Assembly: GCA_964016885.1 (NCBI GenBank)
Contig: OZ024744.1
Coordinates: forward strand, 105,958,001-106,022,000
Direction: 5' to 3'
From: Eledone cirrhosa
Taxonomy: Eukaryota
Length of the DNA stretch: 64,000 bases
This document shows positions 1 to 10,819 of this stretch, piece after piece. Numbering within the stretch: the stretch's first letter is position 1; every line of letters begins with the position of its first letter. The translations under genes were made by a program, and so were the position numbers. Below the pieces are notes generated by a model that was not told the origin of the DNA, searched no databases, and saw nothing but the letters and a program-made list of their open reading frames with translations.

Positions 1-189
1 GGCAACTCAATCCTCAATGAATTCAACCTTCCATTTTTGTGCATTGATGAAAGTCTTGACCAGCACAACTACAGCTGAAGATGATTTTACTGTGGGTTTG
101 GTGTTGGTTTCGAGTCCCATTTCTATTAGTATGTCGAGTCTGTGGAAGGTAAGCGAAAGGGCAATCTCGCTGCAGACTATCGCGTTGGT

Positions 190-530
190 AATCATCATCA
201 TCATCATCAACGTTTAACGTCCGTGTTCCACGCTTGCATGGGTTTGGACGGGGGTTTTCCCACTTGAGGCAAGAGTGATTGTCTTGCTCGCATAGGACTG
301 TCTGGCAGGTTTTCTACAGTTGGATGCCCTTCCTAACACCAACCACATTTACAGTGTGGGGCTGGGAGGTTTTTACCGTGTTTCCTACACGGCCACATTA
401 CAGCGTGGACTGTGTGTTTTTTTGTCGTGACACCTACACGATCTCATTTGTTTCGGCCTGGATGGTGTGGCACCAACATAACTTTACATAGAAGGGGGCG
501 GTGTGGATGGGGTGGTAATACCAGCTGATT
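190..530 (-). mobile_element. 3'-UTR fragment of the same RTE family
   Basis: Reverse-complement match to ~4460-4786, including the (GAT)n tail. Confidence 0.85.
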
Positions 531-730
531 TCAAGATTTACACACGTGAGTGTTTAAAGTTTTAGTATTTGGTAGTGGTGATGTTGTAGTGTGTGTGTGC
601 ATTGATGTAAGCTAGTGTTGTATGTATGAACTGTATATCTGCCCAGGTAGATGTGTGAAGTTGTAGTCACTTTGTATGGTAGTGTCTCACGTAGTGAAAA
701 GCAGCATATTTTGGAGTTTCGCTTGTAGCT

Positions 731-788
731 GTTGATACTACATAGTTGATACTACATAGTTGATACTACATAGTTGATACTACATAGA
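731..788. repeat. 14-bp tandem repeat GTTGATACTACATA x4
   Basis: Direct reading. Confidence 0.9.
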
Positions 789-1039
789 TTTCAATTTGTG
801 AATGTTTGGCAAATTTTTTATGGAGCTATGAAATATAGGTTTGGATTAAGATAGAGATGGTGAGAAAGAAGAAGTAAATTTATCAGTAATTAGGGTAGGA
901 GTAGTAGTGGTAGTAGTAGAAACAAAAGGAGGTGATGACAATGATGATGGTTGGTTTCTTGAGGTATTCTGAGAATGTAGGGAATAGTTGGAATGTGGAG
1001 AAGGTCTCTTGTAGGTCTTCTATTGTGCTAATATTGAGG

Positions 1040-1160
1040 AGTGGCTGTGGCTCTCCATCTTGTTCTTGTAGTTGTTGTTGTTGTGGCTGTTGTTGCTGCT
1101 GCAGTTGTTTCTGTGACTGTGGTTGCTGCTGCTGTTGTTGTTGTTGTTGTTTCTGTTGCT
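1040..1160. repeat. Imperfect (TGT/TGC)n trinucleotide tract
   Basis: Direct reading. Explains the poly-Cys and poly-Val ORFs. Confidence 0.9.
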
Positions 1161-1460
1161 CCTGACAACCTCGGACAGAGATATGAACTCTCCTCTCTAA
1201 ATATGTATGTAAAAACTAATAATTTTTCTTCCCCATTTTATTATTATTCGAATAAATATGCAACTTAACTGCACTTTGCACATCTGCCATTGAAAAAGCA
1301 TATAATGCTGAAACCGGTATCCCTATTAAATGGGGAAATACCCACTTTATAAATAAATGTTTTGATATTATCCTGAAAAAATCCCTCCAGCATTTTCTAC
1401 TGAATTTTTTTTCCTTTTTACCATTTGTTTATATCAACTCATGTGTTACTTTTCTACATC

Positions 1461-1517
<57 letters not shown>

Positions 1518-1534
1518 TATATATATATGTATGT

Positions 1535-4500
1535 GGGTAAAAAATGATGCTATAAACTTTTCTGGGTAGGAAATGAAAATGGGCTGGGTGGAGTAGGAAT
1601 TATGTTAGCAGAAAAATGGGGAGATAAGGTAATCGACGTAAATAGAGTGAACGACAAAATAATCAAAATAAGACTTGTCCTAAATAGAACTACTGTGACA
1701 ATAATATCCACTTACACACCCCAATCTGGACTGCCTGGTGTTATAAAAGACAGATTCTATGAGTCGCTAATGCTCACTACCTCCCAAATAACCGACAGTG
1801 ACTACATAATTATTGCTGGCCACCTAAATGCTCACGTTGGACAACATTGTGACGGCTATGACGGAATCAATGGAGGCTATGGATTTGGTACTAGAAATGA
1901 GGAAGGCTTCAGAATTCTGGAATTCTGCGACGCAAATAACCTAACTATCTGCAACACAAACTTCAAAAAACGGGACAATCATTTGATCACTTATAGATCA
2001 GGGGAACACGCCAGTCAGATAGATTATATCCTTACCAGAAGACGTGACAAAGTGTCGGTTGTAAACACTAAATCCCTCCCCCGCGAAGAATGCACCTCCC
2101 AACATAGCCTCATAGTTAGTGACCTCATAGTCAGGACGAGATCTACTCGACAACAGAGGAGGACTACCCTGAGAAGAAGAATATGTAAGTTAAAGGACCC
2201 CACAGCCAGTAACAAATTTAAAAGCATACTACTCAATGCTTTTGACAGTAAGGAAGAGCAATTAGAGACGTACAGTATAGAGGAACAGTGGGAATTCCTG
2301 AAAGTTAACCTGCTGAAGGCAACAGATGAAATCTGTGGCTGGAGCAGACCTATAGGGAGGAGGAGAGTAACATGGTGGTGGAACAGTAAGGTGGAGGAGT
2401 CAATCAAGGCCAAGAAGCAGGCTTGGAAAGTATGGCAGGATGGGGGAAGTAGAGAACACTATCAAACGGCAAGGAGGGAAGCTAGGAGACAAGTGTACCT
2501 TGCAAGAAGGGAAGCCGAGGAAAGAAAATTCAAGCGTGTTCTACAACGTGAGGACCAAAAACGTGAGGTGTTCAGGATTGCTAGACAATGTGTCAAGGAA
2601 AACAGTGATATTGTCGGGGAGAAGTGTGTCCGTAATGATGATGGTGTACTTGCCATCACTGACGCTGATAAGAAAGTAGCTTGGAAGTGTCACTATGAGA
2701 GGCTACTAAATGAGGGGAATAAGTGGGAAAAAAATAGTCTGCCCCAAATCGATCCAATAGAGGGACCAGCGGTGCAAGTTGAAGGTAGTATAATAAGTAA
2801 GGCAATCAAAGAGATGAAGACAGGCAAAGCAGCTTGGCCTTTGGAGATAGTTGCTGAAATGCTGAAAGCATCTGGATCGGTGGGGCACACTATGGTCACC
2901 CGGATAGTAAACCAAGTCATACAGAATGGGGTCATACCAAATGACTGGCGTAGCAGCATCATCATTAACTGCTACAAGGGTAAAGGAGATGCCTTAGATA
3001 GGGGAAACTATACAGGCATTAAATTAATTGACCAGGTCATGAAGGTCACAGAAAAAGTAATAGCGCAACTAATCAGAGAGCGAATTGATCTAGACGAAAT
3101 GAAGTTCAGGTTTGTGTCAGGTAAAAGTACCACAGACGTTCTTTTCATTGTACGACAACTACAGGAGAAGTACCTAGCTAAAAGTAAACCCCTATACTTA
3201 GCTTTTGTTGACTTGGAGAAAGCATTTGACAGAGTCCCCCGCTCCATTATCTGGTGGGCTCTTAGAAAACTAGGTATTGATGAATGGCTTGTGAGAGCTA
3301 TACAAGCCATGTATAAAGAAACAGTCAGCAAGGTTAGAATTAATGAATATAGTGAAGAATTTAGCGTAAAAGTCGGTGTTCATCAGGGCTCTGTCCTTAG
3401 CCCCCTCCTATTGATTATTGCCCTTCAGGCTATAACAGAGGAGTTCAAGACTGGCTGCCCATGGGAACGCTCATAACTGAATCAATGGCTGAACTAGAGA
3501 AGAAATTCCAAACTAGGAAGCATGGCCTAGAATCAAAAGGCCTTAAAATTAACTTGTCTAAGACTAAAGTTCTAGTTTGTAGGAAGGAAAATAGGGCACT
3601 GGTCTCATCTGGGAAATGGCCATGCTCAGTGTGTAGGAAAGGAGTATGCAGAAACTCCATTTTATGTCCCAAATGCAAAGTATGGGTGCATAAAAGATGT
3701 AGTGGGATCACAGGTAAGCTAACTAAGAACATAGATTTAATATGTGGCCGGTGCTCAGGTGCAATAAGTAGCAGCAAGTGTTCACAGGATACTAGCTCAT
3801 TCCATTGCCCAGATGGTTCTATAGAAATAGTGGACACTTTCTGTTACCTGGATGACAAAATCAGCAGTAGTGGTGGGTGCTCTGAAAGTACAGTAGCTAG
3901 AGTCAGAACTGGATGGAAAAAGTTCAGAGAGCTTATACCACTCTTGGCCGCTAAAGGTTTCTTCCTAAAAATGAAAAGCAAACTGTATGATGCCTGCATA
4001 CGAACAGCAATGTTACATGGCAGTGAGACATGGGCATTATGTGCAGAGGAACTGTGCAGATTGGAGAGGAACGAAGCTTGCATGCTCTGTTGGATGTGTA
4101 ATAGCAATATACGTGAACGGCAAAGGATAAATGAACTAAGTGAGAAATTAGGAATAAGAGGGATCAGATGCTGTTTACTCGAGAGAAGACTACGTTGGTA
4201 TGGTCACATGATGCACATGAAAGACGACAGCTGTATAAAAAAGTGCAGGGCGATTAAAATAGACGGAAGCTACGGAGTAGGTAGACCCAGAAAAACCTGG
4301 GACGATTTGATAAATTCCGACCTTACACACTTACACCTCTCTAAGACAATGTCACTGGACCGAGATCTTTGGCGCTACACAGTAATACATAAGACCCACC
4401 TTACCTAAGTACAAAGCGAAACCTACAGTCAGTTGGCTCCTCCTAACCAAAAATACACCCCACCCCACCCCACTACCCTTACCCCCACCCCCATCTACAC

Positions 4501-4786
4501 TTAAAGTTATGTTGGTGCCACAGCATCCAGTCCTAAATAAATGAGGTCGTGCAGGTGTCACGACAAAAACACACATCCACGCTGTAATGTGGCCGTGTAG
4601 GTAACATGGTAAAAACCTCCCAGTCCACACTGCAAATGTGGTTTGTGTTAGAAAGGGCATCCAGCCGTAGAAAACCCGCCAGATATAGTCCTATACGAGC
4701 AAGACAACCAATCTTGCCTCACGTGGGACAATCCCCGTCTAAACCCATGCTAGCGTGGAAGATAGACGTTAAACGACGATGATGGT
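1535..4786 (+). mobile_element. 5'-truncated, inactivated RTE-clade LINE (APE endonuclease + RT + PHD-like finger, 3' UTR ending in GAT repeats)
   Basis: ORF 1602..3476 has APE motifs (GHLNAHVG, SQIDYIL, SQHSLI) and RT motifs (FVDLEKAFDRV, GVHQGSVLSPLL). ORF 3461..4408 has an RTE C-terminus (YL..., LHGSETW, RLRWYGH, GRPRKTW). Flanked by (TA)n/(CA)n tracts. Confidence 0.93.
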
Positions 4787-4787
4787 G

Positions 4788-4818
<31 letters not shown>

Positions 4819-4831
4819 CACACACATATAT

Positions 4832-5550
4832 ATATATAAGAAAGTAAGTCCATAGAATCATTAGATAAAATATATACAGTATTTCTTCTCCCAATCACCA
4901 TAATCAACCACATAAAAAATTCATTTAAACGAGGCTATAAGTTTAAAATATACCTATGAAAAAATAATAGATAAATAAATGGTAGCTTTTTATCCGCAAT
5001 TCACAGCCACAGAAAATTTATCTAGTATTTCTGATAGAAATTGACGAAACATATAGTTAACCATACATAATTAGGTACAAAATCAAAGTTAGAAGAAAAA
5101 ATGTACATAAACATACCAAAATCATCAAAACATATCTCTACCCCCGGAGTTTTCATTCGCTTTTTGGAAATATCCGATCTTGGATAAATCAACGAGTTTC
5201 GAAATCAACAGGAGACAAACTCAATTGGACAAAGATTTTTCTTAAATGATCCCCGCCAGAAACGAATTCAAAATGGCTAAGAATTGTCACGTGGCTAGTG
5301 GTCAAGTCAGAAAGCTTGTGATTGGTGCCTGACGGCGAGTAGGCTGGTTGCTAGAAAGTGCAGCCGAATACTGTGGCTGTGAATCGCAGATAAAAAGCTA
5401 TCATTTATTTATCTATTATTTCTTCATAGGTATATTTTAAACTTATAGCCTCGTTTAAATAATTTTTTATGTGGATAATTATGCTGATTGGGAGAAGAAA
5501 TACTGTATATATTTTATCTAATGATTCTATGGACTTACTTTCTTATATAT
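4832..5550. mobile_element. Fold-back element with ~180-bp inverted arms (4832-5012 / 5371-5550)
   Basis: ATAAGAAAGTAAGTCCATAGAATC...TTCACAGCCACAG is mirrored by CTGTGGCTGTGAA...GATTCTATGGACTTACTTTCTTAT. Confidence 0.8.
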
Positions 5551-6051
5551 TGCTCTGATTGTTGATTATTTAATTAATAACTCGTCATTGAGCCACGCCG
5601 TGAATGGTTGCCCAAAACATATATATATATCTATGGCTCTGTCTAGTTTATGTGTTATGTAAACTTCTAAATTTTATATATATATATATATATATATAAA
5701 AAGACATTGATTGACAAGATCCCAGACCTCATTCTTTTACCATGTTGGGTGGAATTTGTTCAATTGGACCAATGAAAGAATATTTCAATCAGTCTTTCCA
5801 TTGCTGAAACGCTCTACCATTTGCAACTCCTGGCAGAAGGAGCAATGTGAAATATCGTATTTTGCTCAAGGACATAACGTATTGCCCAATCCAGGAATCG
5901 AACTTGCAACCTCACGATTGCAAATCCAATTCTCTAATCACAAAGTATATATATATAAACAATGAGTTATTTAATTTGTTGATTATTCAACAAAGTTAAT
6001 TTATAACAGATTAGAAGCACTCAACAGATTTTTTCTGGAGTATAATATCAA

Positions 6052-6202
6052 TGGAAAATATCTTTATAAAACCATATTTATTTTATTATACATATTTCAA
6101 GGGTACCAGTATTTTGGTACGCTATCGATAACATACCAAATTACTGGTACCCTTGAAATATTTTATAATAAAATAAATATGGTTTTATAAAGATATTTTC
6201 CA
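6052..6202. repeat. Near-perfect ~150-bp hairpin (MITE-like)
   Basis: TGGAAAATATCTTTATAAAACC...GGGTACCAGT / ACTGGTACCC...GGTTTTATAAAGATATTTTCCA with a short loop. Confidence 0.85.
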
Positions 6203-6283
6203 TTTATTAATATTATTGATATATATATATATATGTGGTGGTTGTGGGTAGTAGTAGTAAATATTAAAATAAGATCAACTAAC

Positions 6284-6356
6284 CTTAGATATATTTCAAG
6301 TTTCACTTCTGAATCAGCAGAAAAACTCTCACTTGTAAATCTTCCTTTGCATTCAA
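6284..6356 (-). CDS. TRAPPC11: TRAPPC11 exon (13th): (V)ECKGRFTSESFSADSEVKLEIYL(R); gene continues beyond the left edge
   Basis: Acceptor ATTTTAG, donor GTTAGT, 73 nt. Matches [25 protein letters not shown]. Confidence 0.9.
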
Positions 6357-6449
6357 CTAAAATAGAGAAACAGAATTTACCATTATCACCACGACTGATT
6401 TTAACTTTTAAACAACATATACAATATATATCTCACTATATATATATAT

Positions 6450-6830
6450 ATCATGATCACTGTTTTACGTCCATTCTTCCATGCTAGCATGGGTTAGACA
6501 GGTTGTCCTGTTGTGGGCAGTGTCCGGTCGGCTGACCTTGTCTTGCTCATATGGGAACTGATTTTGGCTTGATTTCTACAGCTGGATGCCCTTCCTAACA
6601 CCAACCTCATTTACAGTGAGTACTGGGAGCTTTTTTCCGTGGCACCTACACGACCAGTTTACAGTGTGGGCTGGGTACTTTTTTGCCGTGTTTACCTCCA
6701 TGACCACTTTTCAGTGGGAGGGGGTGGGGGCATATTGTCTATATGCTTCAGCTTCGGCTTGTACCCGTAGGAAGTCGGGTCTTCTGTTTAACTACATGAC
6801 GCCAGAGGTCATGCAGAAATACAGAAGACC
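6450..6830 (-). mobile_element. RTE 3'-end fragment
   Basis: Shares CTACAGCTGGATGCCCTTCCTAACACC and TTTTACGTCC...CATGCTAGCATGGG with the other copies. Confidence 0.8.
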
Positions 6831-6854
6831 CGGCTTTTATATTTTATATATATA

Positions 6855-7256
6855 TACAAAGTGTTAAAATGATCAAATTTTAGTTTAGAACATTTATTAG
6901 CTTACAATTGTTTCTTCCAGAGGGAAGTCTGGAATCATTGGAGCATAAGGAATGTAGAAAATGTGTAACTAGAATCCTAGTCATTTAGAACATTTAGGGT
7001 ACATAATTGTTATTAGTGTCAAAGGCATCATGTGAAGAGTCAGGAGTTAAAAAGATGTTCTGCTTGAAATAACACAGTTACAGGCAGCATTGGTTGGAAG
7101 TGTAATAGGTATAAGTAAAAGTAAAAAGCACAAGCAAAAAAATCACAAGCATTTGACATTCCTTATGCTCTGATGATTCCTGACTTCCCTCTGGAAGAAA
7201 CAATTGTCAGCTAATAAATGTTCTAAACTAAAATTTGATCGTTTTAACACTTTGTA
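6855..7256. mobile_element. Inverted-repeat element (arms 6855-6955 / 7156-7256), likely a Penelope-like pseudo-LTR remnant
   Basis: ~100-bp inverted arms, each with a hammerhead-like motif followed by AATAAA. Confidence 0.7.
7163..7214 (+). ncRNA. Minimal type I hammerhead ribozyme motif
   Basis: GCT-CTGATGA-TTCCTGA cttccc TCTGGAA-GAAAC-AATT-GTC-AGC: intact core, stem II, palindromic ACAATTGT stem III and short stem I. Confidence 0.7.
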
Positions 7257-7407
7257 TCTCGGCTCTGTAAAACGCTTGAAAATTTGTTGCATTGAGCCTT
7301 TTGTCATACCGGTAACTGGCTAGTACTTAGTACTACCCTACATATTTATAGTTATATCAAACATATATAAATATAAATATTCTTATTACTATATATATAA
7401 AACATAA

Positions 7408-7656
7408 AAGCAGGAACAAAGCATCAATATAACACCAATATGTTTATTCACATGTGACGTGTGTTTCACGGTCAATCAACTCAAGATACAATCGATATTG
7501 ATCATGCTCAACTCTGTAATTGACAGCTCATGAGACATGGATTCCTGAGTCTAATTCCAGAATCAGGAGCAATCGACACCAATCATACCTTAGTTGATCG
7601 ATCAAGTCACCTGTGAATAAACATTTTGATGTTATATTGATACTTTGTTCCTGCTT
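7408..7656. mobile_element. MITE-like element with ~50-bp inverted arms (7408-7458 / 7606-7656)
   Basis: AAGCAGGAACAAAG..TTTATTCACATGTGAC is mirrored at 7606-7656. Confidence 0.7.
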
Positions 7657-7670
7657 ATTATCATTAGCAG

Positions 7671-7830
7671 GGCAGTGGCTTGGCAGTATTGGTAGAACGT
7701 CAGACACCATGCTTTCAGTATAGAGTTATGGCCTTTTACGTCGTGTATTCAAATCCCGCCTAGGTTAACTTTGCCTTTCATCCTTACGGAGTTGATAAAA
7801 TAAAGTACCAGTAATGTACTGGGGTGATTG
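7671..7830 (+). mobile_element. tRNA-derived SINE, family A, degenerate
   Basis: A-box-like TGGCAGTATTGG, B-box-like TTCAAATCCC, body CTTTGCCTTTCATCCTTACGG..GATAAAATAAAGTACCAG. Confidence 0.8.
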
Positions 7831-8267
7831 TTAGCGTGTACCTAAAGTAGAACCAATTATTATTATGAATAATAAGTATATTTGGCAATATACTGTATGT
7901 TTAATTAAAAACATTTACGAGACCATACGGTATCAGTTTTAAAGTAGTGACAATGTCACTTACTTCTTTTTGGCGAATTCTTTATTAACACTCTGCTCCT
8001 CGAGTATACTAACTACAGTGAAATACCAAACATGGAATCACACATTGGTAGCCAGGACTAAATATTAGCATTGAGTGGTCAAACTGGAGAAACACCAGTA
8101 ACGAAACATTACACACCATGTCAAAGTCATGACAACCTCTCTAGTGTTGGTACCATGATAAAATGCACTTGGTAGAGAGTGGGACATTCTGTAAGCAGGT
8201 GTTCTGTCTAGGAGGTCAGTGGCTTCACTTCATGACTGACCCATCCAACCGTTGCTAGCAGGGATGT

Positions 8268-8540
8268 TAAATAATTGTTTCTACTTTTGGCACAAGGCCA
8301 GCAATTACCCAGCGCATTGCTGGTATTTTATTTTATCGACCCCGTAAGGATGAAAGGCAAATTAAATAATTGTTTCCACTTTTGGCACAAGGCCAGCAAT
8401 TAACCAGTGCATTACTGGTACTTTATTTTATCGACCCCGTAAGGATGAAAGGCAAAGTCAACCTCGGCGGGATTTGAACTCAGACCGTAAAGGGACGTAA
8501 CTATGTTAGAAAGCATGGCGTCTGACCCTCTACCGATATT
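8268..8540 (-). mobile_element. SINE family A with a tandemly duplicated 3' half
   Basis: Two successive copies of AATAATTGTTTC.ACTTTTGGCACAAGGCC...AGGATGAAAGGCAAA. Confidence 0.8.
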
Positions 8541-9012
8541 AAATAATGATGGGGTATCATTGGTGTTGAATGTTACCCAACATTTACTCTTACTTTCCTT
8601 ACCTCACCACTTCCTGGCTCTATCTACCTCCACTTACACAGCGACTCCACACTCAGTAGTTTTGTTGTTTGTGTTACTCTCTCTACGCCTGTACACCCCT
8701 CCCCTGTTATCCCTTAGTTTTGCTGTTTGTGGTTGTATCATATCAGCGTACCAGAAGCCAAGCAGTTTCTCTTACAGTCATACCACAAAATGTGACAAGA
8801 TCTTCTTCATATTTGCTACCACCTTCTTTTCTCTACAACCCCTTGCGACTGTTTCTACACATGTGTATGTATGTATGTATGTATGTGCAGAATGTCACAT
8901 GGATAGATAGATATACCTCACTGTGTTGGTCAGCATGCAAGGATGATGTACCTCACCTAAACAGGATACACACAGCAGTAATGCTGAATAATACTGCACA
9001 TATATAGACACA

Positions 9013-9595
9013 TATCATCATCATCAGATCATCATTTTACGTCCGCTTTTCCCTGCTTGCAAGGGTGGGACGGGAACCGATTCTGGCTTGATTTCTACAG
9101 CTGGATGCCCTTCCTAACACCAACCTCATTTACAGTGAGTGCTGGGTGCTCTTTTGCCATGGCACCTCCACGACCACTTTACCGTGTGGGCTGGGTGCTT
9201 TTTTTGCCGTGGCACCTCCACGACCACTTTACAGTGTGGGCTGGGTGCTTTTTTTGCCGTGGCACCTCCACGACCACTTTACCGTGTGGGCTGGGTGCTT
9301 TTTTTGCCGTGGCACCTCCACGACCACTTTACCGTGTGGGCTGGGTGCTTTTTTTGCCGTGGCACCTCCACGACCACTTTACCGTGTGGGCTGGGTGCTT
9401 TTTTTGCCGTGGCACCTCCACGACCACTTTACAGTGTGGGCTGGGTGCTTTTTTTGCCGTGACACCTCCACGACCACTTTGCAGTGGAATGATATGGACC
9501 CCAGTCCCTATCATCTCATTTCTACAGCTGAGTAAACTGGAGCAATGTGAAATAAAGTGTCTTGCTTCAAGGAAACAACACATCACCCGGTTTGA
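9013..9595 (-). mobile_element. SINE family B (CORE-like body + RTE tail), with an internal 50-bp unit amplified ~7x (9131-9481)
   Basis: Homologous to 10820-11151 and 51694-52028. 50-bp period ACCGTGTGGGCTGGGTGCTTTTTTTGCCGTGGCACCTCCACGACCACTTT. Confidence 0.85.
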
Positions 9596-9637
9596 AAATA
9601 TATTTGTTAATAATTTGTTAATAAATTAGGTACTTAC

Positions 9638-9764
9638 CAAAAGGTACAATATTCTGCATTTCAACCCTGTACATTCCAGTAGCAACATCACTACAAGTCC
9701 ACAAATTACGAGCCTTTTCCACACAAGCTGGTTCTAATGCTGGCTCAGGTTCAGGTGAGTCATT
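9638..9764 (-). CDS. TRAPPC11: TRAPPC11 exon (12th): NDSPEPEPALEPACVEKARNLWTCSDVATGMYRVEMQNIVPF(V)
   Basis: Acceptor TTTCAG, donor GTAAGT, 127 nt. Matches NESPDPEP...AQKLW...VQDFVPFV. Confidence 0.93.
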
Positions 9765-9849
9765 CTGAAATCAGCAAATAAGCATTTTATAAATCTAAAC
9801 AAATAATTTTATTAGTGTAAGAACAAACGTTATTTATAAATCTAATTCC

Positions 9850-10025
9850 CTGTTGTTATTGTTTAGCCCTAGGTGGGTCCTGATCAAGCAGATTTATTAT
9901 TGTTGTTGTTTAGCCCTAGGTCAATCCTGATCAAGCAGATCTATTGTTATGTAGCCCTAGGTCAGTCCTGATCAAGCAGATCTGTTGTGGTTGTTATTTA
10001 GCCCTAGGTCAGTCCTGATCAAGAA
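9850..10025. repeat. ~40-bp imperfect tandem repeat x4 (TAGCCCTAGGTCAGTCCTGATCAAGCAGA core)
   Basis: Direct reading. Decayed relatives occur at ~10220 and ~10580. Confidence 0.75.
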
Positions 10026-10819
10026 GATCGATGATGAAATACATTGATCATTCAGTCTTTTCAGACAGTTCATCTCGGGCTACATTATTTAATATATTCT
10101 TCTCTGATTGAATGACAATAAGGTGTAATATGAGACAGATTTGGCTGCTATTTCTAGCAAGCAAGTCAAGTGACCCTGTCAAGGTTCACTTACTGTTTTG
10201 AGTTCTAGTTATTGTTGTCATTCAGCCACAGGTCAACCCTAATCAAGGATACCCGTGATCAAAAATATTCCAGCCATGGCCATCCTTATATTCTGAAAAT
10301 CCTGGACCCATTGTTCAATGTCTTACTTTTTAAGATGGGAATGTGTGATTTGAACAAATCAAGGACCCACATAAAGACTCCCTCGTTGATTCCTGCTTCA
10401 GCTGGTACAACACATGATAAAGGGTTAATATTTTGCACTTTATTACAATGCTGCTACTAAACGATCCTCACAGCTTTGTCAACTTAGTTGTTAGTGTGTC
10501 GGTACCATCAATAGAGTGGACAGTAAGGACATCTTTGAAGATGATACACACAAACTACAAATTAAGAATTGTTAATGTGCTTTAGTCCTATGTCAGCTCT
10601 CATCAAACAGACCTATGTTTTGTCTTTTTTAAGACTGTAGGACCTGATTCGAGAGAGATTTCTCTCCTATCTCTGGCAGATCTAGCAAGAATGAACAGAC
10701 TTCCTTTTTGTCTCAATCAATAAAGATTAAAATATGTTGGTACCTCCATACTTAATAAAACTGAAGATGTAATTCTAGCATATTTTCACTGTTTTATTAT
10801 TTACACACACACATACAAT

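Noticed and set aside
932-1268. Cys-rich metallothionein-like ORF; also poly-His/Asp/Met ORFs at 12267-12659 and 50126-50458
   Set aside because: These are translations of trinucleotide microsatellites.
5325-5380. Hammerhead ribozyme beside the right arm of the 180-bp inverted repeat (CTGACGG...GGCTG/CAGCC GAATA)
   Set aside because: Both core boxes deviate and stems I and III are not evident. Too degenerate to call without a family consensus.
1-6283. Next TRAPPC11 exon (expected CPxPIRFSKL-like)
   Set aside because: Not found by eye. It is presumably left of the window, but a tblastn is needed to exclude it.
9057-9629. Overlapping 107-190 aa ORFs
   Set aside because: Products of the 50-bp tandem repeat inside a SINE.
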